Origin: Candidatus Poribacteria bacterium
GTDB lineage: Bacteria; Poribacteria; WGA-4E; PCPOR2b
Length of the DNA stretch: 38,849 nucleotides
NCBI GenBank assembly: GCA_027296925.1
Contig: JAPUIP010000901.1
Span: 1 to 38,849, forward strand
Direction of reading: 5' to 3'
In this document: positions 1-8,566 of the stretch, one piece after another
Numbering within the stretch: position 1 is the stretch's first letter
Layout of the letters: each line of letters opens with the position of its first letter
Made by a program: the position numbers and the translations under genes
The notes under the pieces: generated by a model
Database searches by the model: none
What the model saw: only the letters and a program-made list of their open reading frames with translations
Told to the model about the DNA's origin: nothing

Positions 1-112
1 TCGGCGGAGTTTATCCTGAGCTTCGAAGGGCTCAGGACTGAAACGATCGGTATCTGGGCAAATCCCACAACTTTTTTCTTAACTTGATCCGTATGGGGCT
101 CAGGACTACGCA
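1..112 (+). CRISPR. Probable 3' (trailer) end of a CRISPR array: spacer tail (1-8), one intact 36-nt repeat (9-44), a 32-nt spacer (45-76) and a degenerate terminal repeat (77-112)
   Basis: The 36-mer GTTTATCCTGAGCTTCGAAGGGCTCAGGACTGAAAC (9-44) starts GTTT and ends GAAAC. It holds an 8-bp hairpin (TCCTGAGC 14-21 / GCTCAGGA 30-37) followed by a 7-8 nt tail (A)CTGAAAC, the layout of Cas6-processed repeats. The exact 12-mer GGGCTCAGGACT recurs 68 nt later (28-39 and 96-107), matching 36 nt repeat plus 32 nt spacer. The second copy matches about 20/36 positions, as decayed terminal repeats do. Only one intact repeat is inside the window. Confidence 0.45.
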
Positions 113-219
113 CCCTAGGGCAGGCCTCGAAGGATCCTGTAAGGGCGCCCCTACAGCCTTTTGAAAAACTCACACCAAGCGTTGAAGAGAACGAGATTCG
201 ATCTCGAAAGCGTATCATC

Positions 220-1866
220 TTGCTTACCTTTCACGTAATCCGCAGAGCAAAAACTGAATTATCTGCGGATTCGGTGGACGGCCTCACTTTTCCACGTCCC
301 GACGAGGCGTTTCCCGCAGCCCTTCAGCAGTCGGGGATGTTGGTGCCGAAAGATGGGGTTTTGGCGTTAGGCATCTCTGTCGATGCGTTTGCCAAAAGAC
401 CGCTTGTCGCGCAGATTCGCCCCCTGATCCAAGGCTTTGTTCACAACGGCGACTGGCAAGAATTGGAGAAGCAGTCGTGGTATGAAGCGGGTGAATTGTA
501 TGCTAGAGGGCGAGAGGCGCTCATTTTTGCGCTCAGGCGGCTGCCGAGTGACGTCGACGGTTTCTTCATCATCGATGATTTTTCGGACCTGCTTTTTGAC
601 ACAATCGGGAGCGAATTTTCTCTTCACCGGCGGCTGTTCCGCCCGGTGTTCATCTGGAATCGATCACCCAAAGAGGCAGCGAAAGAAGAGGAAAAATGGC
701 GCCAAAATCGCCGACAGGAGTGGCAGGAACTTGAGCGTCCCTGGATTTCCGCGGTACTGGAGACGTGGTTGTACTATCTCGGACTGGTGGAGTTGGGATG
801 GGCGGAAAATAGCACCGCGCCGACGCACTTTCGGTTGAGCGAACTCGGACGCGCAATGTTCTTGCCGGAATCCGCGATTCCGGGGGAGGCGACGGTCCGG
901 GCGCCGCAACATCGCCTCCCCTCACGAAGCGGAGCATGGGTGATTCAACCGAACTTTGATCTGCTGGTTTACCTCGACCGGGCTTCATCCGAACAACTCG
1001 CCTTTTTGGAACGCCATGCCCAGCACGTCGAGGTTCAGCAGCACACTGCCCAGTACCGCTTAACGCGGGAGTCGGTTTATCACGCCCTGGAGAACGGTTC
1101 AACGCTCCAGGAGATTCTGTCAGGATTGGAATCCGGCGCGGCGGTCGAGATGTCGCAGAATGTTGCCACGGAGATTAGGCATTGGGCGGCGTTGCGAGAG
1201 GAGATTGCCCTCCACAGACGCTCGCGGTTGCTCGAATTCCCGGCTGCCCGTTCACGACAAAAGGCACTCGATGGTGGAATCCAGGGCACGCCCGTCGGCG
1301 ACCGATTCTTGTTACTCGCGCCGCAACAGGCGGAAAATCTCTCCCGTCAAAAGAAGTTCGACTATGCACGGTCCTTGCCCAAATGTCTCTCGGTCACCGA
1401 GAAGGGGCGAATCACGGTAACCGACCCGGATGTCGATTTCCTCGTCGAGCCCGTCCTGGATCGATGGGCACAACGGCAGCCGGACGGTCGTTGGCTTTTA
1501 ACCGAGGGCAGTGTCCAGGCGGCCATCGAAGCCAAACACCCGGTCGATGAACTGTTCGACTTTCTCAAGGAGCGATTGACCCATCGACGGCCACTCCTGC
1601 TGGATATTGCTTTGCAATCCTGGAGCGGTCAGCGGTTTCGCGTGGATATGGAGCCGGTGACCGTGTTTCACTGTCCAATTCCAAAGGTGTTTCAAGCGAT
1701 AGCTCGGAGTCGAACGCTCAAGCCGTACTTACGCGGGCAGTTGGCGCTACATCTGTTGGTGGTGGAAACTCGCAAAATCGAGGACCTCCGCGCGCAACTG
1801 CAATGGATGGGATTGGAGATCTCCGACGAATTAATCTTCTCGACCGAAAAACCTGAAATGGGCTGA
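220..1866 (+). CDS. Helicase-associated-domain-like protein with two tandem XPB-N-terminal / Helicase_C_3-like modules; no ATPase motifs
   Basis: 548-aa ORF. TTG 220 is merely the first possible start and has no SD; ATG 337 is an alternative. Two similar modules are present: ...QPNFDLLVYLDR...YRLTRESVYHALENGSTLQEILSGLE...VATEIRHWAAL... and ...VDFLVEPVLDRW...WLLTEGSVQAAIEAKHPVDELFDFLKERL...IALQSWSGQ.... They resemble the domain found in or next to bacterial XPB/ERCC3-type helicases. The family call is from memory. Confidence 0.5.
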   Translation: MLTFHVIRRAKTELSADSVDGLTFPRPDEAFPAALQQSGMLVPKDGVLALGISVDAFAKRPLVAQIRPLIQGFVHNGDWQELEKQSWYEAGELYARGREALIFALRRLPSDVDGFFIIDDFSDLLFDTIGSEFSLHRRLFRPVFIWNRSPKEAAKEEEKWRQNRRQEWQELERPWISAVLETWLYYLGLVELGWAENSTAPTHFRLSELGRAMFLPESAIPGEATVRAPQHRLPSRSGAWVIQPNFDLLVYLDRASSEQLAFLERHAQHVEVQQHTAQYRLTRESVYHALENGSTLQEILSGLESGAAVEMSQNVATEIRHWAALREEIALHRRSRLLEFPAARSRQKALDGGIQGTPVGDRFLLLAPQQAENLSRQKKFDYARSLPKCLSVTEKGRITVTDPDVDFLVEPVLDRWAQRQPDGRWLLTEGSVQAAIEAKHPVDELFDFLKERLTHRRPLLLDIALQSWSGQRFRVDMEPVTVFHCPIPKVFQAIARSRTLKPYLRGQLALHLLVVETRKIEDLRAQLQWMGLEISDELIFSTEKPEMG

Positions 1867-1897
1867 CAGCACATAGGCCCTATTTGTCTAATCGCCT

Positions 1898-3997
1898 TCA
1901 GCGCTTGGTCAGGATCAGGTTGCCGAACTTGTCAACCTGTGCTTGATAGCCGGGGTGGATGACCGTTGTGGAATCGATCTCCTCAACAATCGCCGGTCCT
2001 TCTAAAACGCATCCAACGCCCAAACGATAGCGGTCATATATGGGACAATCAACGTAACCACCGCTCTCGGCAAAGTACACGGAGCGGTTTGCTTTCTGGG
2101 CTTCGGCTGGATCTGTGCTGGTTGGATCGAATTCGCGCAGACGGGGCTTAGCGATTTTGCCGATTGCCGTAAGCCGCAGATTTACGAACTCGACCGGTTC
2201 GTCCGGCGCACTGTAGCCGTAAGCGCGGTCGTGCTCAATATGGAACCGCTCCAACACACGGGCTATCTCGGAGGAGCCGAGCCGACCGTCTGGCAGCAGT
2301 ATCGTCAACTCGTAGCTTTGCCCGATGTAGCGGATGTCCACCTGGCGGAGGAAGGTAATGTCTACCTGGCGCATCCCCTCCCGCTCTAGGCTTGCTCGTC
2401 CCTGCGCTTCCAACTCCCGGTAGGTCGCCTCCACCGCCGTCGTATCCAGTTGATCAACGCGCTGGATGAGCGTTGTGGAGTAGTCGTGTTTGAGATCTGT
2501 CACCAGCAGGCCCATCGCTGAAGTCGTGCCGGGGCTCATGGGGATGACGGTGGTGGGCACCTCGATCTCCGCCGCCAGGCGGTTGGCGTGTACCGGTCCC
2601 GCCCCACCAAATGCCGTTAGGACAAAGTCTCTCGGGTCGTAGCCGCGCTGTACTGAGATCAGGCGAAGGGCGTTCACCATCGCTGCGTTGGCAATCTCAA
2701 CAATGCCGTTGGCGGCCGTCACCACGTCCATGCCCAACGGATCGGCACATTTCTCCTTGATCGCTTGTCGCGCCGCCTCGACATCCAGTTCGATTTCGCC
2801 ACCGAGGAAGTAGCGGGGGTTGAGTCGTCCCAACACCAGATTGGCGTCGGTTATGGTTGGCTCCGTCCCGCCCGCTCCATAGCACGCGGGACCAGGGTCA
2901 GCCCCGGCGCTCTGGGGACCGACGCGCAGAACGCCGCCGGAGTCCACCCAGGCAATCGAACCGCCGCCGGCACCAATCTCCACAAGATCGATAACCGGCG
3001 TGCGGATAGGATAGCCAGCACCACGGGAGGCGCCCACACCGGTTTGAGCCGCTGTTCCTACCTCGTAGTCCTTAGTCACCCGTGGTGTGCCGTTCTGGAT
3101 GAGTCCTGCCTTCGCTGTGGTGCCTCCCATGTCGAAGGAGATGACATCCGGATGCCCCAAAGTCGCCCCCAAATAGGTCGCGGCAATGACGCCCGCCGCC
3201 GGACCGGACTCTACCATGAAGACCGGCTTCTCGCTCGCTGCCGCAAAGGTGAAGACCCCGCCACTGCTCTGCATCACGAGTAATTCTGCCTTGAGACCTT
3301 CTTTCCGTAGCCGCGCCTCAATGCTCTGGAGGTAGCGTCCCACGACGGGACGGATGCTGGCGTTGATGACCGTGGTGCTGGCTCGATAATACTCACGGAA
3401 CTCCGGTGCCACTTCGGACGAAAGGGAGATGATGGCACCGGGAAAGACCTCGCGTAAGATCTCACCTGTCCGTTTTTCATGGCTTGGGTTGATGTACGAG
3501 TGAAGGAAGCAGACAGCAATTGACTCGACACGCTCTTGCTGAAGTTGCTCCGCGACTTGCCTCACTATGCTCTCATCGAGTGGCGTAAGCACGTTCCCCT
3601 GCGCATCCAATCGCTCTGGCACACCGAAGCACAAGTAGCGGGGCGTCAATGGGCGAGGCTTTTCAAATTGCAAGTCGTAGAGTGACGGCCGTATCTGGCG
3701 CTGAATCTCCAGTAGATCACGGAAGCCGTCGGTCGTGATGAAACCGGTACGAGCGACCTTCCCCTCGATGATGGAATTGGTCACCATAGTCGTGCCATGC
3801 ACAACGTATTTGACTTCGCCCGGCGACACGCCCGCTTGGCTCAACAGACGATGAGTCGCTTCCATGAAGCCCTGCGATGGGTCTTGGGGTGTTGAGGGCA
3901 CCTTGCCGACGCGCATCTCGCCCGTGACTTCGTTGATCAGGGTCGCATCGGTGAAAGTCCCTCCAATGTCCACTCCCAAACGGTACCTAACAGTCAT
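1898..3997 (-). CDS. hyuA: Hydantoinase A / 5-oxoprolinase / acetone-carboxylase-beta family protein (HyuA-type ATPase subunit)
   Basis: 699 aa. The N-terminal VDIGGTFTD motif and overall length and layout are typical of the hydantoinase/oxoprolinase family. SD GGAGAGG lies upstream, 13 nt after the preceding aldolase gene, suggesting an operon. Confidence 0.88.
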   Translation of the reverse strand: MTVRYRLGVDIGGTFTDATLINEVTGEMRVGKVPSTPQDPSQGFMEATHRLLSQAGVSPGEVKYVVHGTTMVTNSIIEGKVARTGFITTDGFRDLLEIQRQIRPSLYDLQFEKPRPLTPRYLCFGVPERLDAQGNVLTPLDESIVRQVAEQLQQERVESIAVCFLHSYINPSHEKRTGEILREVFPGAIISLSSEVAPEFREYYRASTTVINASIRPVVGRYLQSIEARLRKEGLKAELLVMQSSGGVFTFAAASEKPVFMVESGPAAGVIAATYLGATLGHPDVISFDMGGTTAKAGLIQNGTPRVTKDYEVGTAAQTGVGASRGAGYPIRTPVIDLVEIGAGGGSIAWVDSGGVLRVGPQSAGADPGPACYGAGGTEPTITDANLVLGRLNPRYFLGGEIELDVEAARQAIKEKCADPLGMDVVTAANGIVEIANAAMVNALRLISVQRGYDPRDFVLTAFGGAGPVHANRLAAEIEVPTTVIPMSPGTTSAMGLLVTDLKHDYSTTLIQRVDQLDTTAVEATYRELEAQGRASLEREGMRQVDITFLRQVDIRYIGQSYELTILLPDGRLGSSEIARVLERFHIEHDRAYGYSAPDEPVEFVNLRLTAIGKIAKPRLREFDPTSTDPAEAQKANRSVYFAESGGYVDCPIYDRYRLGVGCVLEGPAIVEEIDSTTVIHPGYQAQVDKFGNLILTKR

Positions 3998-4010
3998 ATG
4001 ATTACCTCTC

Positions 4011-4952
4011 CTATCTCAGGCATCGGGAAATACACAGATTCGCTTCCCTTAGGTGCTTCCACACGCCATCCATAATCCAATCGGGTAGTGGAGAAATATC
4101 CATGCGACAGTAGGCAGTCCGCAGGATGCCAGCGCGTTGCAAGATTGCCTTGTGAAGCCAAATGGCTGCGTTACCGGCACCACTACCAGCCGATGTTGCC
4201 CGAAGGGTTGGCAGGATAAACCGAATGTATGTTTTCCAGCCACTCGCTGCCTCGCCTGCGGCATACTGTTCACACACCGTTTGGTAAGCGTCAATAATCG
4301 CCGGGAAGGGGATTGTGCCAACAGAACCACGTTCCTGTTCTTCTGGTAGGTAATTCCCGTTTGCGCCGCCGAGCACCGTGACTTCCCGATCTCCATCTCC
4401 TGTCAGCCCACTTTGCCGCAACCCTGAAACAATCTGTCCAATCTTATGAGGCGCGGCGGGCGACTCAATCTTCAAGCTGACGACCTGTGATGCCTCTTGG
4501 GCAGCTTGCAGCAGGATGTCCGCCGAAGCGTTCTGCCCAACATCTTGAATCATCAGCGCCAGATCGACACGGTCGGAGAGGTTGCGAAACAAGCTCACCA
4601 ACTGTGCCCCTTGGCGCGGTGATGGGTTAACCATCGCACAGTCTGCCCCGCATTCGCGGGCGAGGCGTGTGAGCTCGATTGTGACCTCGCGACTCTCATG
4701 TGATGTCGCCGCCACAAGCGGCAATCTTCCATCCAGGTGACGCGCTGCCAACGTCCACACCTGTGTACGCTCGGCATCAGTCAGCATGCCACTCTCACTG
4801 CCGATACCAAAAGCGATTGCCTGTGCCCGCGCTTCTACGCAAAAGTCAATCTCACGACGTAGACTGTCTTCATCAATTGCGCCGTCAGCATCAAATGGCA
4901 TCACCAGCACAGGCACTGCGCCGACGATACGTTTGGATTGTCTTTGGTTCAT
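4011..4952 (-). CDS. DHDPS / N-acetylneuraminate-lyase family class I aldolase (DapA-like; specificity unknown)
   Basis: 313 aa. GIGSESGMLTDAER corresponds to the G-[ST]-TGE..L motif. A candidate Schiff-base lysine sits in VVSLKIES. SD GGAGG lies 7 nt upstream of ATG 4952. Confidence 0.75.
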   Translation of the reverse strand: MNQRQSKRIVGAVPVLVMPFDADGAIDEDSLRREIDFCVEARAQAIAFGIGSESGMLTDAERTQVWTLAARHLDGRLPLVAATSHESREVTIELTRLARECGADCAMVNPSPRQGAQLVSLFRNLSDRVDLALMIQDVGQNASADILLQAAQEASQVVSLKIESPAAPHKIGQIVSGLRQSGLTGDGDREVTVLGGANGNYLPEEQERGSVGTIPFPAIIDAYQTVCEQYAAGEAASGWKTYIRFILPTLRATSAGSGAGNAAIWLHKAILQRAGILRTAYCRMDISPLPDWIMDGVWKHLREANLCISRCLR

Positions 4953-5124
4953 CGGTGAACCTCCGGATTTCTAGGCTAAAAGCCAAGGCTTGGTGCCAAA
5001 AGGGTTATTGGTTTCGAGTGACTTTTATTCCAAATCGAGCGTCTTTACAGACTTCAAGCGGCTTTTCGATATCGTCGTCCGGGTCGTTATTCCGCATCCG
5101 TTACCTGAGTGCACCCGGAGAAAT

Positions 5125-6204
5125 TTATGCCTCCCAAAGCAAGTTAATTGCGCTTGCCTTGATAATAAAATAACAGACCGTCTCTTCCGCGAGGGCCAGT
5201 TGATTGCGGGCATCGCTCGTAAGCTCCACGGAAAACAGGCGTCCTTCGATATCGACAGATAACATTACGCGACCGCCCTGAGCTGCAATGTGGCGAATTG
5301 TGCCACGCAAAATATTTCGAGCGCTAATCAGCAGGTTGGGGTCGATTGCGACGATAATATCTTGGGCTTTGATGGCGATAGGCATCGTCTCCCCGATTCG
5401 GATTTTCGTGTAGGAAACCAGCAGTTTCTGGCTGCCGAGCCCTAATTCTGTGATGCCGCGCTGCTCAGAAGATGCAACCACGGGCAGAGAGAGGATGTTC
5501 TCCACGCCTGCCATCTGGGCAATCGGCAGCGCCGAAGGGGAAGCAAGCAATTCATGCGGTTCTCCGTGCGCGGTGATGCGCCCATCAGAGAGCCAAAAGG
5601 CTTCATCTGCCAGCGCCATTACTTCCGATATGGAGTGGGTCACGTAAAGGATGGGAATGTCAAAAGTCTGTTTGATATGATAGAGGTAAGGCAGGATTCG
5701 GTTTTTCAAGCCGGCATCCAAAGAGGCTAGGGGTTCATCCATAAGCAACAGCCGTGGATGTATCGCTAACGCCCGAGCGACGGCAACCCGTTGACGCTGC
5801 CCTCCGGAAAGCTGATTGGGGTACCGATTCATCAATCCACCAATTTCGAGGATGTCGATGACCACTTCCGTGTCAATTTGGTTCTTATCGGCAAAGCGAC
5901 GCGGACGACCGTAGAATATGTTTTGCTGAACCGTTAGATGCGGAAACAGATGTCCGTCTTGAAAAACATATCCGAAACGCCGCTTCTCTGGAGGGAGCCG
6001 CTTCTTGCTCTGGGAAGAATACAGCGTTTGCCCGACAAATATGATCTCTCCTTTGTCGGGGTGCAAGATGCCGCTGATACAATTGAGCAAGGTGCTTTTG
6101 CCGCTTCCTGACGGGCCCAGAAACGCTGTCACCTTCTCAGTGATGACATGATCCACTTCAAGCTGGAAACTGCCGAGTTGCTTACGAAAACTGAGTGTTA
6201 ACAT
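5125..6204 (-). CDS. modC: Molybdate ABC transporter ATP-binding protein with C-terminal TOBE/Mop-type domain
   Basis: Walker A GPSGSGKST, ABC signature LSGGQRQR, Walker B LLLMDEPL, and a C-terminal ~120-aa TOBE-like extension. It is the last gene of the modA-modB-modC order. Confidence 0.88.
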   Translation of the reverse strand: MLTLSFRKQLGSFQLEVDHVITEKVTAFLGPSGSGKSTLLNCISGILHPDKGEIIFVGQTLYSSQSKKRLPPEKRRFGYVFQDGHLFPHLTVQQNIFYGRPRRFADKNQIDTEVVIDILEIGGLMNRYPNQLSGGQRQRVAVARALAIHPRLLLMDEPLASLDAGLKNRILPYLYHIKQTFDIPILYVTHSISEVMALADEAFWLSDGRITAHGEPHELLASPSALPIAQMAGVENILSLPVVASSEQRGITELGLGSQKLLVSYTKIRIGETMPIAIKAQDIIVAIDPNLLISARNILRGTIRHIAAQGGRVMLSVDIEGRLFSVELTSDARNQLALAEETVCYFIIKASAINLLWEA

Positions 6205-6228
6205 CGTAGGAATTTTGATTGATTCGGC

Positions 6229-6903
6229 TTAGCATGCTAAGCCCTTCAGGTATAACCGTTCCGATAACCACAAGGTGCCGAAGGCGATCACCGTCGAGAG
6301 GAGCACTAAGCGGTACGCGCTTGCATCCTGCCCGATCTGGATGTAATTGAAGATTGCCAGGGGCAAAGTCTGTGTCTTCCCCGGTATATTTCCTGCGACC
6401 ATCATCGTCGCGCCGAATTCGCCGAGGCTCCGCGAAAATCCGAGTATCGCCCCGCCGATAATCCCTCTGTAGGACAATGGAAGTGTTATGGTGAAGAACA
6501 CCTTCAAACGGCGCGCACCGAGCGTTCTTGCCGCGTTCTCCAGTTGCGGGTTCACTCCCTCCATCGCGGTGATAATGCCGCGTACCAGCAACGGAAATGA
6601 AATCACCGAAATTGCCAGCACAACCGCCAGCCACGAAAAGACAATCTCCAGTCCAAGAAGTTGCCAGAGCAGCCGTCCGATTGGTCCGCGCTTGCTGAAG
6701 AGGATCAGCAGAAAATAGCCACTAACGACGGGCGGCAGGACCATCGGCAGCATTACGATAGTATTCAGGAGCGATTTTCCCCGGAATGAAAACTTCGCCA
6801 GCAGCCATCCAATGAAGAGTCCGGGCGGAAGAATGAGGATTAAGCTCAACGAAGCGGCTTTGATAGACAAAACCAGCGCGTCCACTTCTGCTGTTGTCAA
6901 CAT
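6229..6903 (-). CDS. modB: Molybdate ABC transporter permease
   Basis: 224-aa multi-TM protein with a CysTW/ModB-type EAA loop (...ENAARTLGARRLKVFFTITLP...). Its start overlaps the modA stop (TAATG). Confidence 0.88.
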   Translation of the reverse strand: MLTTAEVDALVLSIKAASLSLILILPPGLFIGWLLAKFSFRGKSLLNTIVMLPMVLPPVVSGYFLLILFSKRGPIGRLLWQLLGLEIVFSWLAVVLAISVISFPLLVRGIITAMEGVNPQLENAARTLGARRLKVFFTITLPLSYRGIIGGAILGFSRSLGEFGATMMVAGNIPGKTQTLPLAIFNYIQIGQDASAYRLVLLSTVIAFGTLWLSERLYLKGLAC

Positions 6904-7748
6904 TATGGCACCACGGAGAAACCGTATTTCTCAAAAATTCCCGCAGCTTCTGATGTTTGCAGGTACGTTACAAATGCGCGAGCAAGCGCTTCATGCGCCG
7001 TATCTCTGATCACCGCCGCAGGGTACACGATCGGACTATGGGTCGAATTGGGAAATTGCGCGACGATTTTGACCTTGCGGCTAATTGCAGCATCCGTTCT
7101 ATAGACAATTCCCACATCGACCTCGCCGGACTCGACATACGCGAGGGTTGCTCGAACGTCAGCGCCGGGAACTAATTTGGGTTGCACAACCTCCCAGATG
7201 CCTAAATGCATCAAAGCCTCTTTACCGTAAATACCCGCGGGAACTGAATTCGGCTCACCGATGGCGATCCGTTGAATCGAAGGCTGGGTCAGCGTGCGGA
7301 GGTCGTTAAGAGTCATCGAACTATTAACCGGTACAACCAACACCAACTGATTGTACAAAATTGACCGGCGCGTATCCTCACGAATCCAGCCTCCTTGCTG
7401 TAATGTATCAACCTGCCTGGGGCTGGCGGAAATGAACACATCCGCCGGGGCGCCTTTCTCAATCTGCCGTTGTAAAGTTGTGGAGCCGGCAAAGCTACAA
7501 TAAACCTTCACATTCCGAGCGGCCTCAAAACGCTGGCTAATTTCTGTGAGCGCATCCGTCAAGCTCATCGCGCCAAAGATGAGTAGCTCTGCCTGACGGC
7601 TTTGTGCCTGCGCCTTGCCTGCCAGACGCTCAGTCTCATGTGGTTTCTCACCCGAACATCCAAGGAATAGACAGACCAAACTCAGAATCAGAAGAAGACG
7701 GGCTTTCATCAACTTTATACCTTGCCATTCATCAAACCGTTCTTTCAT
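6903..7748 (-). CDS. modA: Periplasmic molybdate-binding lipoprotein
   Basis: ModA-family pattern (FGAMSLTDAL, FSFAGS-like CSFAGST, ANVRATLAYVESGEVD-like segment). A lipobox LFLGC follows a hydrophobic leader. The true start may be ATG 7709 (MKARLLL...). Confidence 0.85.
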   Translation of the reverse strand: MKERFDEWQGIKLMKARLLLILSLVCLFLGCSGEKPHETERLAGKAQAQSRQAELLIFGAMSLTDALTEISQRFEAARNVKVYCSFAGSTTLQRQIEKGAPADVFISASPRQVDTLQQGGWIREDTRRSILYNQLVLVVPVNSSMTLNDLRTLTQPSIQRIAIGEPNSVPAGIYGKEALMHLGIWEVVQPKLVPGADVRATLAYVESGEVDVGIVYRTDAAISRKVKIVAQFPNSTHSPIVYPAAVIRDTAHEALARAFVTYLQTSEAAGIFEKYGFSVVP

Positions 7749-7782
7749 CCAGGAAAGAACGGTGGCTAAAAAATAACTCGCT

Positions 7783-8124
7783 CTAGAAAGATCTACTGAA
7801 CGATGTAACGTTCTGCGTTAAGGTTCGATTGATTTTTTCCTTTGTATCTTCATACTCCCGGAGAAGGCTCACCCCAGCTTCAGTAAGTCGAGAGCCTTCG
7901 CCATTGACACCGCCGACAGTGGTCAAAAGAATCTTTGCACCGAGGTGCCGCTCAAGCTCACGAATGTACTTCCACGCGCGTTTGTAGGACATATTGACTT
8001 TCTGTGCGGCCCGGTTGATTGAACCCAGTTCGTTAATCGCTAAGAGGAGTTCAGCTTTGCCGTGACAGAAAGCAACCCCCTGCCCGAGATCGAGCCAAAC
8101 TTTAGTTTTGACGCTTCTGTCCAT
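7783..8124 (-). CDS. ModE N-terminal-domain-only winged-helix regulator (no Mop/di-Mop domain)
   Basis: 113 aa. ...LLLAINELGSINRAAQKVNMSYKRAWKYIRELE... matches the HTH part of ModE-type regulators, and the ORF ends before any molybdate-binding Mop domain. SD GAGGG lies 5 nt upstream. It is the first gene of the mod operon. Confidence 0.72.
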   Translation of the reverse strand: MDRSVKTKVWLDLGQGVAFCHGKAELLLAINELGSINRAAQKVNMSYKRAWKYIRELERHLGAKILLTTVGGVNGEGSRLTEAGVSLLREYEDTKEKINRTLTQNVTSFSRSF

Positions 8125-8192
8125 GATCGCCCTCGTTACATTGAAATTTTGTTGAGGCGTTCTTTCTTACAGGAAATAGCGATAGTCGCGTA

Positions 8193-8221
8193 ATTATACC
8201 AGACGCGCAAATCTGTTTCAA
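8193..8221 (-). promoter_or_regulatory. Sigma70-type promoter for the modE-like/modABC operon
   Basis: On the minus strand: TTGAAA (8221-8216), a 17-nt spacer, then TATAAT (8198-8193). An inverted repeat CGCGT (8187-8191) N11 ACGCG (8203-8207) straddles the -10 and is a candidate operator. Confidence 0.5.
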
Positions 8222-8241
8222 GTGCTCTGATGACAAAACGA

Positions 8242-8270
8242 TTGCAATTCCGACGATCATGCAGTATAAT
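8242..8270 (+). promoter_or_regulatory. Sigma70-type promoter for tatA-tatC-Zn-ribbon operon
   Basis: TTGCAA (8242-8247), a 17-nt spacer, then TATAAT (8265-8270), about 80 nt upstream of tatA. SD AGGAGG is at 8336-8341. Confidence 0.55.
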
Positions 8271-8348
8271 ATCACCGTTTTTGGGGGCACAGACGTGGGA
8301 TTCTAAAGGGGTTCAGGTTACAGTTTTCATTTTTTAGGAGGAGTCATA

Positions 8349-8558
8349 ATGGGTCAGTTAGGTGGCTGGGAATTGCTTATTATCCTTTTCATTGTGCTTA
8401 TCATTTTTGGCCCGAAGAAATTACCGGAAATGGGACGCGCCATCGGGAAGGCAATCCGGGAGTTTAAGCACGCTGGCAAAGAGATCCAAAACGACATTGT
8501 CGAATCGATGGAAGAGGATGAACGCGATTCGACCAAATCCGCGAATAAAACGGCTTAG
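8349..8558 (+). CDS. tatA: Twin-arginine translocase subunit TatA/E
   Basis: MGQLGGWELLIILFIVLIIFGPKKLPEMGRAIGKAIREFK is the canonical TM helix, FG(P) hinge and amphipathic helix. Confidence 0.9.
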   Translation: MGQLGGWELLIILFIVLIIFGPKKLPEMGRAIGKAIREFKHAGKEIQNDIVESMEEDERDSTKSANKTA

Positions 8559-8566
8559 TTGTCAGC

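Noticed and set aside
3-218. Minus-strand frame open from ATG (218) to the left edge of the window
   Set aside because: The translation (MIRFRDRISFSSTLGVSFSKGCRGAL...) is low-complexity-like and has no SD. It runs antisense through the repeat-like elements, and its openness is explained by the short length.
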